Assembly (NCBI GenBank): GCA_030620115.1
Contig: JAUXFG010000015.1
Location: forward strand, 1 to 38,871
DNA from: Candidatus Fermentibacterota bacterium
GTDB taxonomy: Bacteria; JAFGKV01
Length of the DNA: 38,871 nucleotides
Reading direction: 5' to 3'
In this document: positions 9,034 through 17,899 of the stretch, piece after piece
Numbering within the stretch: the first letter of the stretch is position 1
How the letters are laid out: each line of letters opens with the position of its first letter
Notes under the pieces: model-generated
Seen by the model: only the letters and a program-made list of their open reading frames with translations
The model's database searches: none
What the model was told of the DNA's origin: nothing
Translations under genes and position numbers: made by a program

Positions 9034-10622
9034 ATCGTGCTGGGTGACAACCAATCGAAATTGTTCCATAGCCTGACAATCACGTACAAATTGTAGGCAA
9101 TAGCGAGGGCAACCACAACCCCGATCACTCGTCTCATGCGCTTCCCCAGGTGACTGAGCATTGAAGCGGCGACCCCCGTCATGGGAACTATGGTAAGCAT
9201 GAGGTGCTTTGTTTGCCGCCAATCCGTCACCGAAGCGAGGACCCACCCCAGCACCGCCCAGAGGGAGAGAAAACGAAGTCGTCCGCCTTTCCACACACCC
9301 CAGAGTACTCCGACCACTCCAAGCAGCAAGAGTGGCGGTGTGAGATTCCTCGCCCATTCCGCCCACAGTCCACCGATTCCCGGATACCATGCCCCGCCAG
9401 CGCTCCCCAGTGAGAGATCCTGGAACAAGAACCGGTCTCGGAAATCGTAATAGACATGATCTCGGAGGAAGGTGGACCAGTCCACGAGCGCACCGTATGT
9501 CCACCAGAGTGCCGTGCCCATGGCAGCGCCCCGGAGCCAGGGTTGTCTTAACGCCCGGAAAAGACCGGTCTTTCCCTGGATCACAAGATAGACGGCATAG
9601 AGCGCAGGCACGAAGAGCATCTTCTGGTTCGTGAGAGCCAAAAGCATGCCGGTGAACAGCAGCGCTCTGGAAGAGCGACCTTCGCGCCCTAAAAGCAGCA
9701 GGGCCGAAAGGGCCAAGAGGACCGTACTCGGCGCCGTGAACCCGGCATACCCGGCCCGAATCACCACTTCCGGGAGTGTCAGATAGACAAATCCTGCGCC
9801 CAATGCCAAGGTGGCCGAAGCGCCCAATGTCAAGGCAAGATGAGAGAGGAGCAGCGGTGCGATGGCCCCATAGAGGATCGGCAGAAGGCGCGTTGCCCGT
9901 ACCAGACCAAGATTCATATCAAAACACTCGACATCCCTCTTGCGAAACCTCTTGATCGCCCAATGTGCCTCATCACGGAGCTCGACTATTCTGCCGCTCT
10001 GCCAGTAGAAGTATGCCGGTTCAAGCCAGTCCAGGAGCAAGAGACATGCCCCTGCCTGGAGATGATACAGCGGCGGCTTGGAGAAGATGAAAGCGAAGTG
10101 CGTCTCGGTTCCATATGGTTTCCCGTGCTGAAGGTACCCATATGTGGGATTCGCGATCACCATGTCTTGATCCTGCTGCGGAGGAACGATCCACATGGCC
10201 GAGGCATACGTCACCAGGAGACCCGCGGCAAAAAGCGCCAGCACCCTTCTGTCGAGACCAACAAGGGCGTGGATCAATCGACTGCCGAGTTGCCCCACAT
10301 GTCCTGGCCGGGCAACCGTGGCCACCAGCAGCAGAAACCATAAGAAGACCCACGCATGCCAAGAGCATAGATGGAGATCCGAGAGCCGTGCACCGATCAA
10401 CCCCAGGAGCAGAATACCACTGCTGACCGCAGCCGCTTCGGCCCAATATGCCCACGACAAGCGGCGGGGCAGTTTGATGAACAGCAACCCGGGGAACAGC
10501 AAAACCAAACCGGGGATCAAGATGGCGGTGGGGATGCCGAAAGGGACGTAGCGTGAGCACGCGTACGCCAGCCCCAGGGCGACGTGGCTTGCCAGGACGG
10601 CGCTCAGGCGGTTCACCGCCAC
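9027..10622 (-). CDS. Polytopic membrane glycosyltransferase-like protein (GT39/GT83 ArnT/PMT-like GT-C family)
   Basis: 531 aa with ~12 TM helices and a large C-terminal extracytoplasmic portion. Start is 1 nt after the GT2 stop. Confidence 0.55.
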   Translation of the reverse strand: MAVNRLSAVLASHVALGLAYACSRYVPFGIPTAILIPGLVLLFPGLLFIKLPRRLSWAYWAEAAAVSSGILLLGLIGARLSDLHLCSWHAWVFLWFLLLVATVARPGHVGQLGSRLIHALVGLDRRVLALFAAGLLVTYASAMWIVPPQQDQDMVIANPTYGYLQHGKPYGTETHFAFIFSKPPLYHLQAGACLLLLDWLEPAYFYWQSGRIVELRDEAHWAIKRFRKRDVECFDMNLGLVRATRLLPILYGAIAPLLLSHLALTLGASATLALGAGFVYLTLPEVVIRAGYAGFTAPSTVLLALSALLLLGREGRSSRALLFTGMLLALTNQKMLFVPALYAVYLVIQGKTGLFRALRQPWLRGAAMGTALWWTYGALVDWSTFLRDHVYYDFRDRFLFQDLSLGSAGGAWYPGIGGLWAEWARNLTPPLLLLGVVGVLWGVWKGGRLRFLSLWAVLGWVLASVTDWRQTKHLMLTIVPMTGVAASMLSHLGKRMRRVIGVVVALAIAYNLYVIVRLWNNFDWLSPSTIW

Positions 10623-10623
10623 G

Positions 10624-11367
10624 CTATCGCCTGAAGCGCAGCTTGGAGAATCTCAGCCGGAGAATGCCATGGATATCTTCGGACACTGCAGCCTTGATTC
10701 GAACGGTACTCCTCGGATCCTCCACCCACTTCACCGGGATCTCCTTGAGGCGATAGCCATTCTTCTCCGCCAATACCAGCATCTCCGTGTCGAAGAACCA
10801 CTTGGTCCCCTGTATCCGCGGCACAACCTCCGTCACGAAATCCCTGGTGGCAGCTTTGAAACCACACTGCGCGTCGCGGAAATGCACATTGAGGCAGATT
10901 CGAAGAAGCAGGTTGTACCCCCGCGAAAGAATCTCCCGGGCCGGGGACCGTTCTATCTCCGCGGCTGGGTGCAGCCGGCATCCGGTGGAGAGGTCGTATC
11001 CCTCCTCCAGTGATCCTACGAGCTCTTCAAGCGCCTCAAGATCAGTGGACAGGTCGACATCCATGTAGCAAAGAATATCCGCGTCAGAGGCGCTCCATAC
11101 CTGTCGCAAAGCGCGGCCCCGCCCCTTCTCAGGAATCCATACGTACTTCACCTGAGGGAACTCGGCCGCCAACCGCTCTGCGATCATGGGGGTTCCATCT
11201 ATGGATCCATTGTCCGCCACCACCACCCGCCATTGAAAACGAGGGAGGGTTTGCACATGTGACAGCACACGCCGAACGCTCTGTTCAAGGTCACGTTCTT
11301 CGTTGTATACGGGGATCACGATATCAACCGTGGACATTCGATTCATGTTGCTTCCGCTCCCGGTCAC
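10624..11367 (-). CDS. GT2-family polyprenol-phosphate glycosyltransferase (dolichyl-phosphate mannose synthase / Ppm1 / ArnC-like)
   Basis: VDIVIPVYNEE...VVADNGSIDGT...DVDLS motifs (DXD). 247 aa soluble catalytic domain without a TM anchor. Confidence 0.85.
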   Translation of the reverse strand: MTGSGSNMNRMSTVDIVIPVYNEERDLEQSVRRVLSHVQTLPRFQWRVVVADNGSIDGTPMIAERLAAEFPQVKYVWIPEKGRGRALRQVWSASDADILCYMDVDLSTDLEALEELVGSLEEGYDLSTGCRLHPAAEIERSPAREILSRGYNLLLRICLNVHFRDAQCGFKAATRDFVTEVVPRIQGTKWFFDTEMLVLAEKNGYRLKEIPVKWVEDPRSTVRIKAAVSEDIHGILRLRFSKLRFRR

Positions 11368-11388
11368 TGTCTGCCCCCTACTGTGCGA

Positions 11389-12330
11389 TCATTGCGGCGC
11401 CAGCATTGCCTCGACGAAACGTTCGGGGGAAAACGGCTCGATATCATCGATTCCCTCTCCCACGCCAAGCCATCGAACAGGGAGGCCAAGTTCACGAATG
11501 ATAGGGACAACCACACCGCCCTTGGCCGTCCCGTCAACTTTCGCAAGAAAAATGCCGTCAAGCTCCAGGACTTCATGAAACAGCCGTGCCTGTGAAACTG
11601 CGTTCTGTCCTACCGTGGCATCCAATACCAGAAGGGACTCGTGCGGCGCGCCGCTGTGGGCCTTGTTCACTACACGCCGAATCTTGGCAAGCTCGTTCAT
11701 GAGATTGACTTTCGTATGCTGCCGGCCAGCCGTGTCCAGCAATACCACCGAATGGCCACGGGCCTTCGCCGCGGTCACTGCATCAAAGGCGACGCTGGCC
11801 GGATCCGCGCCTGGCTTCTGTGCCACCAGATCCGCCCCGGCCCGCTGTGCCCAGATGGCCAACTGCTCCACCGCCGCCGCGCGAAAGGTGTCCGCCGCGC
11901 CCACCATGACCCGGTGACCTTCTTTCGCATAGTGGCGAGCGAGTTTTCCCAGCGACGTGGTCTTCCCTGAACCGTTCACCCCTGCGATAAGGACCACATA
12001 GGGTGCAACGCGCTCCTCCGGTTCCGCCAGGGGAGGAGGGACAGGCGCGCGCATCAGATCGAGCAACTGCTTTCTAATGACCCCCACAAGCTCTTCCAAA
12101 GACGGTCCGGGGGACGTGCGCAGGTATTCTTCCAACCTGTCTCGAATGATGACTGCCGCCTCCACGCCCACATCAGCCTCGATCAAGCGCTGCTCCAACT
12201 CCTCAAGAGCATGCTCCCGTTCGGCTCCTCGTGTAGTGCGGAGCCGTTCCAGCCCTCTACCGAGTACCTCTCTTGTCCTTCTGAGACCGCCGCGCAGTCT
12301 ACCAAATGCACCTGTCACCATGTTCCGCAC
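11389..12330 (-). CDS. ftsY: Signal recognition particle receptor
   Basis: SRP54-type GTPase: GVNGSGKTTS (G1), DTAGR (G3), NG-domain architecture, 313 aa. Confidence 0.9.
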   Translation of the reverse strand: MRNMVTGAFGRLRGGLRRTREVLGRGLERLRTTRGAEREHALEELEQRLIEADVGVEAAVIIRDRLEEYLRTSPGPSLEELVGVIRKQLLDLMRAPVPPPLAEPEERVAPYVVLIAGVNGSGKTTSLGKLARHYAKEGHRVMVGAADTFRAAAVEQLAIWAQRAGADLVAQKPGADPASVAFDAVTAAKARGHSVVLLDTAGRQHTKVNLMNELAKIRRVVNKAHSGAPHESLLVLDATVGQNAVSQARLFHEVLELDGIFLAKVDGTAKGGVVVPIIRELGLPVRWLGVGEGIDDIEPFSPERFVEAMLAPQ

Positions 12331-12519
12331 CTACATCTATGCCAACATCCAATGTCGAAGAGGGGCTCTTCCATTGTATGTTCGATGTTGGACGTGCGAT
12401 GTTCAATTCCTCACAAGTCTGCAAATCGGCAACCCGCGTCCCGCGGGACAGTAAAATCGTATTCTCGGTCACCAGCCATGATCGCCGGTGACTATGCAGA
12501 GGAAACTTGCCACTCATCA

Positions 12520-12676
12520 TAGGAATCGCAAGGCCCTTTATGATCTTCAAAAGGGTTATCCCGGACTTCTCACCGGCTTTCGTCGCGAAGCGGTGGAGTT
12601 GGCGGTGGCTGTCCCGCACCCAACGCTTTGGGTGCGGGATGAGAAATGCGGGTTATAGGTTATCCCGGACACCCTT
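12520..12676. repeat. REPIN-like composite repeat. Inverted copy of module 'cttcgcgacgaaagccggtgagaagtccgggataaccc' (12553–12590), then perfect hairpin cccgcacccaa-cgct-ttgggtgcggg (12613–12638), then module 'gagaaatgcgggtta'
   Basis: Same modules recur at 31897–31970, 33530–33700, 37540–37590 and 38366–38450. The six-frame track translates them into pseudo-similar peptides (HRFATKAGEK.., HRFETKAGEK.., SRLATKAGEK..) in different frames. Confidence 0.7.
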
Positions 12677-13073
12677 CTCACAAGAGAGATTCCACCGCGT
12701 GATTGCGGCGATTGCGAGAATGGAATGAGGGAAGACTGGCTCCCATCGATGAAACGGACACAAGACTGCCTCGCGCAGTCTCGTTGTTCTACGACTGCAA
12801 TTGTACAACGAAGTAGGACAAGATTCCTCGCCCCCGTGAACCCAAAGTAGATTCCGTCGATCTATACTGCGAACCTCCTGCCTGCAGTAGTCATGAATCT
12901 GTGGAAGTATGAGCCGCTCTTGACATGAGGAACTATCGACATATAGATTCGGCGTCTATCATCTTTTTTCGTACATTGACTGTCTGATGTTCATGTAGAT
13001 GGAGAGCAAGAAACCCCCGTATTGACACAGGCAGTCCGGATGCCACAAGCACTCTTATTGAGGAGGAAATGAT

Positions 13074-13517
13074 ATGGCAAAGACCATGGTTGAAATGGCA
13101 GCGGAGATTGTTGGAGCCCAGGCGGCTTCGGGCAGGATGTCACCGGAGGAACTCTCAAACTCCATCCACAGAGTGTATGATTCATTGGTGGAGGTTCAGA
13201 GAAAAGAGAAGCTGGCGGAGACGGAGCCGGAAGACGTTAGCGGACTGGGGCAGCTTCGGGCTCGACCGGAAAAATCGATTACTCGCGCGCACGTCATCTG
13301 TCTCGAGTGCGGGATGAAGTTCAAGCAGCTCACGGCCAGACATCTGGCGACCCACGGCGTGTCTCCCGCGGATTACCGCGCCAAATGGGGCTTCACCAAG
13401 AGACAACCCCTTGTCGCCAAGCAGCTTTCTGCCCAGCGTCGCAAGACGGCACTGGACAACAAGCTTGGTGAGCGTCTCGCAGAGGCTCGCCGTCAACGTT
13501 TGGCAGAGAGAGGCTAA
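13074..13517 (+). CDS. MucR/Ros-family C2H2 zinc-finger transcriptional regulator
   Basis: ICLECGMKFKQLTARHLATHGVSPADYRAKWG matches the Ros/MucR zinc-finger and DNA-binding signature. GGAGG RBS 7 nt upstream of the ATG. Long AT-rich upstream region with TTGACA-like -35 elements. Confidence 0.85.
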   Translation: MAKTMVEMAAEIVGAQAASGRMSPEELSNSIHRVYDSLVEVQRKEKLAETEPEDVSGLGQLRARPEKSITRAHVICLECGMKFKQLTARHLATHGVSPADYRAKWGFTKRQPLVAKQLSAQRRKTALDNKLGERLAEARRQRLAERG

Positions 13518-13692
13518 CCCTCCGGTTCCCGCGGGCAGAGGCCTGAGCCAAGCTTTGCTCCGAAAGAGGAACAACAGGCGAGAGTGAGGACCAGCCTCGC
13601 AAGGGAGGCCTCTTTCTCGTCTGAAGTGGATGTATCCTCCCGGTACATGCGACCATGGGAGGAGTCCCAAAAATCGAATGAACCGCTCCAAG

Positions 13693-13732
13693 CCGGTCTT
13701 CGGAACTTGCTTCCGGAGACCGGTTTGTCTTT
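13693..13732 (+). terminator. Putative rho-independent terminator: 11-bp stem ccggtcttcgg / ccggagaccgg (one G·U), 9-nt loop, followed by TTTGTCTTT
   Basis: Read directly from the sequence; lies between the mucR-like gene and tatD. Confidence 0.5.
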
Positions 13733-13893
13733 AATTGCTGAACGTGAGGTCGTATCCTGTTGGCGATCTCTCTATTCGGGGTCGAGGAGTATTTCCGATT
13801 TCTGGTTCTTGCCCCTGCATCCGGAGCCCTTCCTTATGGGACGCGAGGTGGCTGCGGAGAACACTCATTTTCATAGGAGATCCGGAGGGCTGA

Positions 13894-14676
13894 ATGGCTC
13901 GCAGAACAGTCTACGCAGACGCACATTGCCATCTTGATCAACTCGAAGATGCGCCAAAGGAGATCGCTGCCGCCAAGAAGCTCGGTGTGAAGCGTTTCCT
14001 TTCCAACAGCGAGGATCTGGCCTCCATGAAACGTAACCTCGCGCTGGCTCGTGAATTCCCGGGCGTGGTACTCCCGGGGTTGGGCATTCATCCGGCGGAA
14101 TTGGTAGGCCAGGATGACAAAACAGTTGCGGCGGAGCTGGATTTCATCAAGGCGCATGTAGAATCTGCCTCGTTTCTCGGTGAGATCGGCCTTGATTTCC
14201 TGCATGCCGCCACTCCAGTCCAACAGGATCGACAGAAGAAGATCCTCATCGAGCAGTTCGAGGTTGCGGCGGCGGCCGACCTCCCCGTGGTCATCCATTC
14301 CCGCCGTGCACAGCGCCCTGCCATGAACGCCGCGTTTCGATATGTAGAAACATACGGCCGGCCGGTTCTTCTGCACTGGTTTACTCAATCGGTCAAATTG
14401 CTGCTCGAGGTGAATCGCCGACCAGGGATCTATATCTCGGCAGGCCCGGCAGTGCTTTTCAATGCAGGAGCTCGCAAGGTCGTTGCCCATGCCATACTCG
14501 ACCGGTTGCTGGTTGAGACCGATGCCCCCGTGCCGTTCGACGGCGAACCAGCTCGACCATCATGGATACCCCGAGTGGTGGAAACGATTGCAAGCATCTT
14601 CCGGATATCACCCGAAGACCTGGCAAAACAACTGAACAAGAATCTTGATCGCTTCTTAGGACTCGCGCAGAAATAA
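13894..14676 (+). CDS. tatD: TatD-family metal-dependent hydrolase/DNase
   Basis: N-terminal DAHCHLD motif, TIM-barrel hydrolase pattern, 260 aa. Confidence 0.9.
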   Translation: MARRTVYADAHCHLDQLEDAPKEIAAAKKLGVKRFLSNSEDLASMKRNLALAREFPGVVLPGLGIHPAELVGQDDKTVAAELDFIKAHVESASFLGEIGLDFLHAATPVQQDRQKKILIEQFEVAAAADLPVVIHSRRAQRPAMNAAFRYVETYGRPVLLHWFTQSVKLLLEVNRRPGIYISAGPAVLFNAGARKVVAHAILDRLLVETDAPVPFDGEPARPSWIPRVVETIASIFRISPEDLAKQLNKNLDRFLGLAQK

Positions 14677-14745
14677 GTTCGTAGTTATGGCACACAGATA
14701 TGCCGCAGATTGGGTCTCCCCCATGTAGGGGCATGCCGTGCCCAC
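14660..14745. repeat. Inverted partial copy of the composite element seen at 37200–37330: shared 'tg(c/t)gccataact..cttat(t)tctgcgcga(a/g)tcc' and 'catgcccctacatggg'
   Basis: Nucleotide similarity is visible directly. It is also reflected in pseudo-peptides CPYMGE.../AIT..LFLRES in ORFs 14656..14856(-) and 37201..37587(+). Overlaps the last codons of tatD. Confidence 0.6.
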
Positions 14746-15023
14746 CGGAGGCGTGGTATAGGCATCGCCCGAGTTCCGCGTACTGCGCGGGATACGCGAC
14801 GGCGGGACAAAGATGAGATGCGAGAATGTACAGGTTAGTCCTGGACAAGCCCTCAAGCGTGGGATAGCTTGAGGGCTCGGAAATTACACGATTCCCGAGA
14901 ATGGAATGTTAGGAGAGGGATCTCGGAGAAGAAGGAGCAGAGCCTTTTCCCTTCCAACCGATTGTTCCATCACTCCAGTGCCCCAATTGCGGCCTCCATC
15001 CCATAGGAGATGAGGAGGAGGAG

Positions 15024-16868
15024 ATGCTTCTAGACCAAGCCCACTGTCCGGAGACGCCGGGGCCGGATCGAGACGAACTGGTGACTATACGGAAAGCCCG
15101 CGCATTCTTCCCCCAGGCCAAGGAATTGGCGCTGCTGCGCAGAGCATGCAATACCTGGAGAACCAAGAAGACTGGCGTTGCGCTGGAGATTGACCTGTTC
15201 CCGCCCAAAATTCCCTGCCGCTTCCGGAAAATCTGTGCCATCACCGTGGTATCCGACGACTGGCCTGGCATGGGTGAGACATGCCTTGGCATTGTGCACG
15301 AGCGCGGCTGGAATGTCCACTATGCCCAAGGCATGGTTCTCCAGGAAAACGACCAAGACCTGGGCGTGTTCATCATGGCAATCGGCATTGAATCGGATGA
15401 GGGGCTCCGGCAAATATCCGCGGAGCTCAAGGACATTGAGTCGGAGTTGCTGAGCCTGAGCATTGGAAGGCGTGCGAAAATGCTGCTCATCGCCAAGGAA
15501 GCGAAGAAGCTGGCGCTCCTGAGCAAAGTGGTTGAGGAATTGGCCAAGCTTTCCAGCGGCAAAGAGCTCCAAGAGATCATCGCGCCCATGGGAGAATCGA
15601 CAAAGTTCTTTGCGGCACGGACAGATGAGTACATGCATGCCTGGTCACCGGCGGTGCTGGCATATCAGATCACCACGAACTATGGATTGCTCAAGAAGGT
15701 GCGAGCATCCGGTGGTTTCGGTGTGATCCGAGTAGAGAACTGCCAGGCAGCAAACGAAACAAGAACGTGTATCACCGTGGTGGGCCTCGTACGGGACATA
15801 TCGGTGGAAGAGACGCTCCGGGTCGTGGGTGAGCGCCTGGGGTTCCATGAGCAATACCATTTGATTGAGTTTACGACCCAGGATGGACTCAACCTGGTCC
15901 GCTTGGAAATTGGGCAGGCTGGAGGCCGGGAGCTTTCGGTTGCCCAGGTCAAAGAACTCGAGCTCAGCCTCAAAGAAATGCTCTCGGGCCAGCGGGTTGC
16001 CTGGGCACACAGAATCGAGTCCAGGGGAGGCTTCGAGCAGTATGTCAGAGCAATCATACCATTGCTCCTGAAAGAACATGCAGCCACCGGGCTCCCTCAA
16101 GTATATATGTCCCCCACGTCACGCGAGAAGACCGTGGCGAGTTTCAAGGTGATCTTTGTTTATTCTACGCCCGTCGGCCAAACCGCACCGTCGATACGCC
16201 TCCCAGAGTTGTTGCAGGTACTGCCCGGTGTCCAGGTCGTCTCGTCATCGAGTCCAAGGATCATGGGGGATCAGCGTCTGTTCGTCATGAACATCAATGT
16301 TGATCTCACCAAATTCAAGGATACCGAGGACATCTATCACACATTGCGAAAGCAGGTTCACGAGGTCTTCTCGGAATTCCGTGATTTCGATGAGGGAATG
16401 CGCCTCGGTGACATGACGAAGCTCAAGGAAATCGAGGATGCGCTCTCCGGGTATGACCTACGAATCGTGAGTAGGATCTACTACGCCATCGATGATTTCT
16501 CGCGGCTCAGCATGAGCCGGGATGAAATCGTCCGCCTTCTTCGGCTTGGACTGTCGGCTCTCTCTGAACTGGATGCGCGAACCGAACCCGATCCCTCGCC
16601 CGTGATCTATGATGAACGACTCAAGAATCATCATGGAGAGGTGATCTCGGCGCTGTTGGCAATCGTCTCGCCCCAGGGACGGGGTATCCCGAGCTGCATT
16701 CGAGAATTATCATCGCAGGCCCAGGTCACCGTCAGTCAGATCCGGCATGGCGACGGCGAGCTCCTCTTGTGCCGCATCACGGGCATGGGAGGAAATCCTC
16801 CCGATGAGTCCGCGATACAGGATGTCCTCCAGTGTATTGCGGGGATGCAGTGTCACGACTGGCACTAA
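15024..16868 (+). CDS. Hypothetical protein built from ~4 ACT-like (βαββαβ) regulatory repeats; no catalytic domain recognised
   Basis: Repeated segments such as ITVVSDDWPGMGETCLGIVHERGWNVHYAQ, CITVVGLVRDISVEETLRVVGERLGF and KVIFVYSTPVGQ...VQVVSSS. GAGGAGG RBS upstream of the ATG. Confidence 0.55.
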   Translation: MLLDQAHCPETPGPDRDELVTIRKARAFFPQAKELALLRRACNTWRTKKTGVALEIDLFPPKIPCRFRKICAITVVSDDWPGMGETCLGIVHERGWNVHYAQGMVLQENDQDLGVFIMAIGIESDEGLRQISAELKDIESELLSLSIGRRAKMLLIAKEAKKLALLSKVVEELAKLSSGKELQEIIAPMGESTKFFAARTDEYMHAWSPAVLAYQITTNYGLLKKVRASGGFGVIRVENCQAANETRTCITVVGLVRDISVEETLRVVGERLGFHEQYHLIEFTTQDGLNLVRLEIGQAGGRELSVAQVKELELSLKEMLSGQRVAWAHRIESRGGFEQYVRAIIPLLLKEHAATGLPQVYMSPTSREKTVASFKVIFVYSTPVGQTAPSIRLPELLQVLPGVQVVSSSSPRIMGDQRLFVMNINVDLTKFKDTEDIYHTLRKQVHEVFSEFRDFDEGMRLGDMTKLKEIEDALSGYDLRIVSRIYYAIDDFSRLSMSRDEIVRLLRLGLSALSELDARTEPDPSPVIYDERLKNHHGEVISALLAIVSPQGRGIPSCIRELSSQAQVTVSQIRHGDGELLLCRITGMGGNPPDESAIQDVLQCIAGMQCHDWH

Positions 16869-16917
16869 CGCACACTTCCTTGTCCGAGACTCCACTCGTC
16901 ATACACACCCCTGATCA

Positions 16918-17886
16918 GTGAACTGGCGTTTCTCCTGGTATCTGAAGAGGCTTCCTGGAAAGTCTCCTCCCCACTACCTCAATTTGGAACCGACGAATCG
17001 GTGCAACCTTTCGTGCATCTGGTGCGTGGCTTCATCGGCTCGACCGCAGGGGTTCCTCGAGCTTGCGCTGGCCCAACGCGTGCTTGATCAGGCTGCTTCC
17101 GCGGGTGTACGGGAGATCCGCTTTTTTCTTGCAGGCGAACCGTTGCTTCATCCCAAGATCCATGAGCTGGTCTCCATGGCCAAGATCCGGAAGCTCAGGA
17201 CCGTGATTCACAGCAATGCAATGCTTCTCACCCGAGAGAAGAGCAAAGCCCTGATTTCCGCCGGTCTCGACGAAATCTCATTCAGCGTGAACGGCCTCAC
17301 TCATGAGGAAATCAGTCAAAACCAGCCCGGCGCCGAGCTTGATGTGATGGTTTCGCACATCCACGACTTCCTGACGCAAAAACGAGACACAAGCTCTTCT
17401 TTTCCCTTGGTTATCCTCCAAATCATACAGCATCCCACTGAATTGGGAAAACCGCTGGACCGAGACAGGATAAAGGCCTTGTTTGGTGAGCCTGGCCCCG
17501 ATCGGATTCTCCGCCTTGCCCCCCATTCCTGGGCCGGCCAGCTTTCCGGCGATGCCGCGGCTGCGCGAGGAACGCGATATCATCCCTGTCAGCCTCTCTG
17601 GCAGGGCATGAGCGTGGCGTGGGATGGACGAGTGTTCCTCTGCTGTGGAGATCTGAACGGCAGGGTGGTAATTGGTGACCTCAGACAAGAGCAGCTCATG
17701 GATGTATGGAACGGTCAACGATTGAACAAAATAAGACAACACGTGGTAAAGAATGATCGGAGCGCACTTGCTCTCTGTTCCGGATGCGATGCCCTCTGGT
17801 GGCACACGCATCCTCTGAGCCATGACCTAAGAAGAGCCGGCTGGAGAGTGCTCGGCAGGGTTCTCCACAAGACCAAGGGATTTTGA
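16918..17886 (+). CDS. Radical SAM enzyme with C-terminal SPASM/twitch-like auxiliary cluster domain
   Basis: CNLSCIWC (CX3CX2C) at residues ~29–36; C-terminal CQ...CCGDLNG...CSGC cysteine cluster; GTG start; 322 aa. Confidence 0.8.
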   Translation: MNWRFSWYLKRLPGKSPPHYLNLEPTNRCNLSCIWCVASSARPQGFLELALAQRVLDQAASAGVREIRFFLAGEPLLHPKIHELVSMAKIRKLRTVIHSNAMLLTREKSKALISAGLDEISFSVNGLTHEEISQNQPGAELDVMVSHIHDFLTQKRDTSSSFPLVILQIIQHPTELGKPLDRDRIKALFGEPGPDRILRLAPHSWAGQLSGDAAAARGTRYHPCQPLWQGMSVAWDGRVFLCCGDLNGRVVIGDLRQEQLMDVWNGQRLNKIRQHVVKNDRSALALCSGCDALWWHTHPLSHDLRRAGWRVLGRVLHKTKGF

Positions 17887-17899
17887 GAAGGAGAATTCA

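Noticed and set aside
9034-9504. N-terminal 157 codons of the track ORF 7774..9504(-)
   Set aside because: Arg/Gly/Pro-rich and non-protein-like, and overlapping the upstream GT-C gene in another frame. The real start is most likely the ATG at 9031–9033 (or 9067–9069) abutting the upstream stop.
12299-12619. ORFs 12299..12619(-), 31728..32087(+) and 38185..38610(+), which share peptide strings such as HRF(A/E)TKAGEK(S/C)G
   Set aside because: The similarity comes from translating copies of the same nucleotide repeat module (cgcgacgaaagccggtgagaagtgcggg) in arbitrary frames. They have no start or RBS context, and the copies are in different frames and orientations.
14656-14856. ORF 14656..14856(-) and ORF 37201..37587(+), which share CPYMGE / AIT..LFLRES peptides
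   Set aside because: Translations of inverted copies of a repeat element that overlaps the tatD 3' end and the region upstream of arsC; they are not genes.
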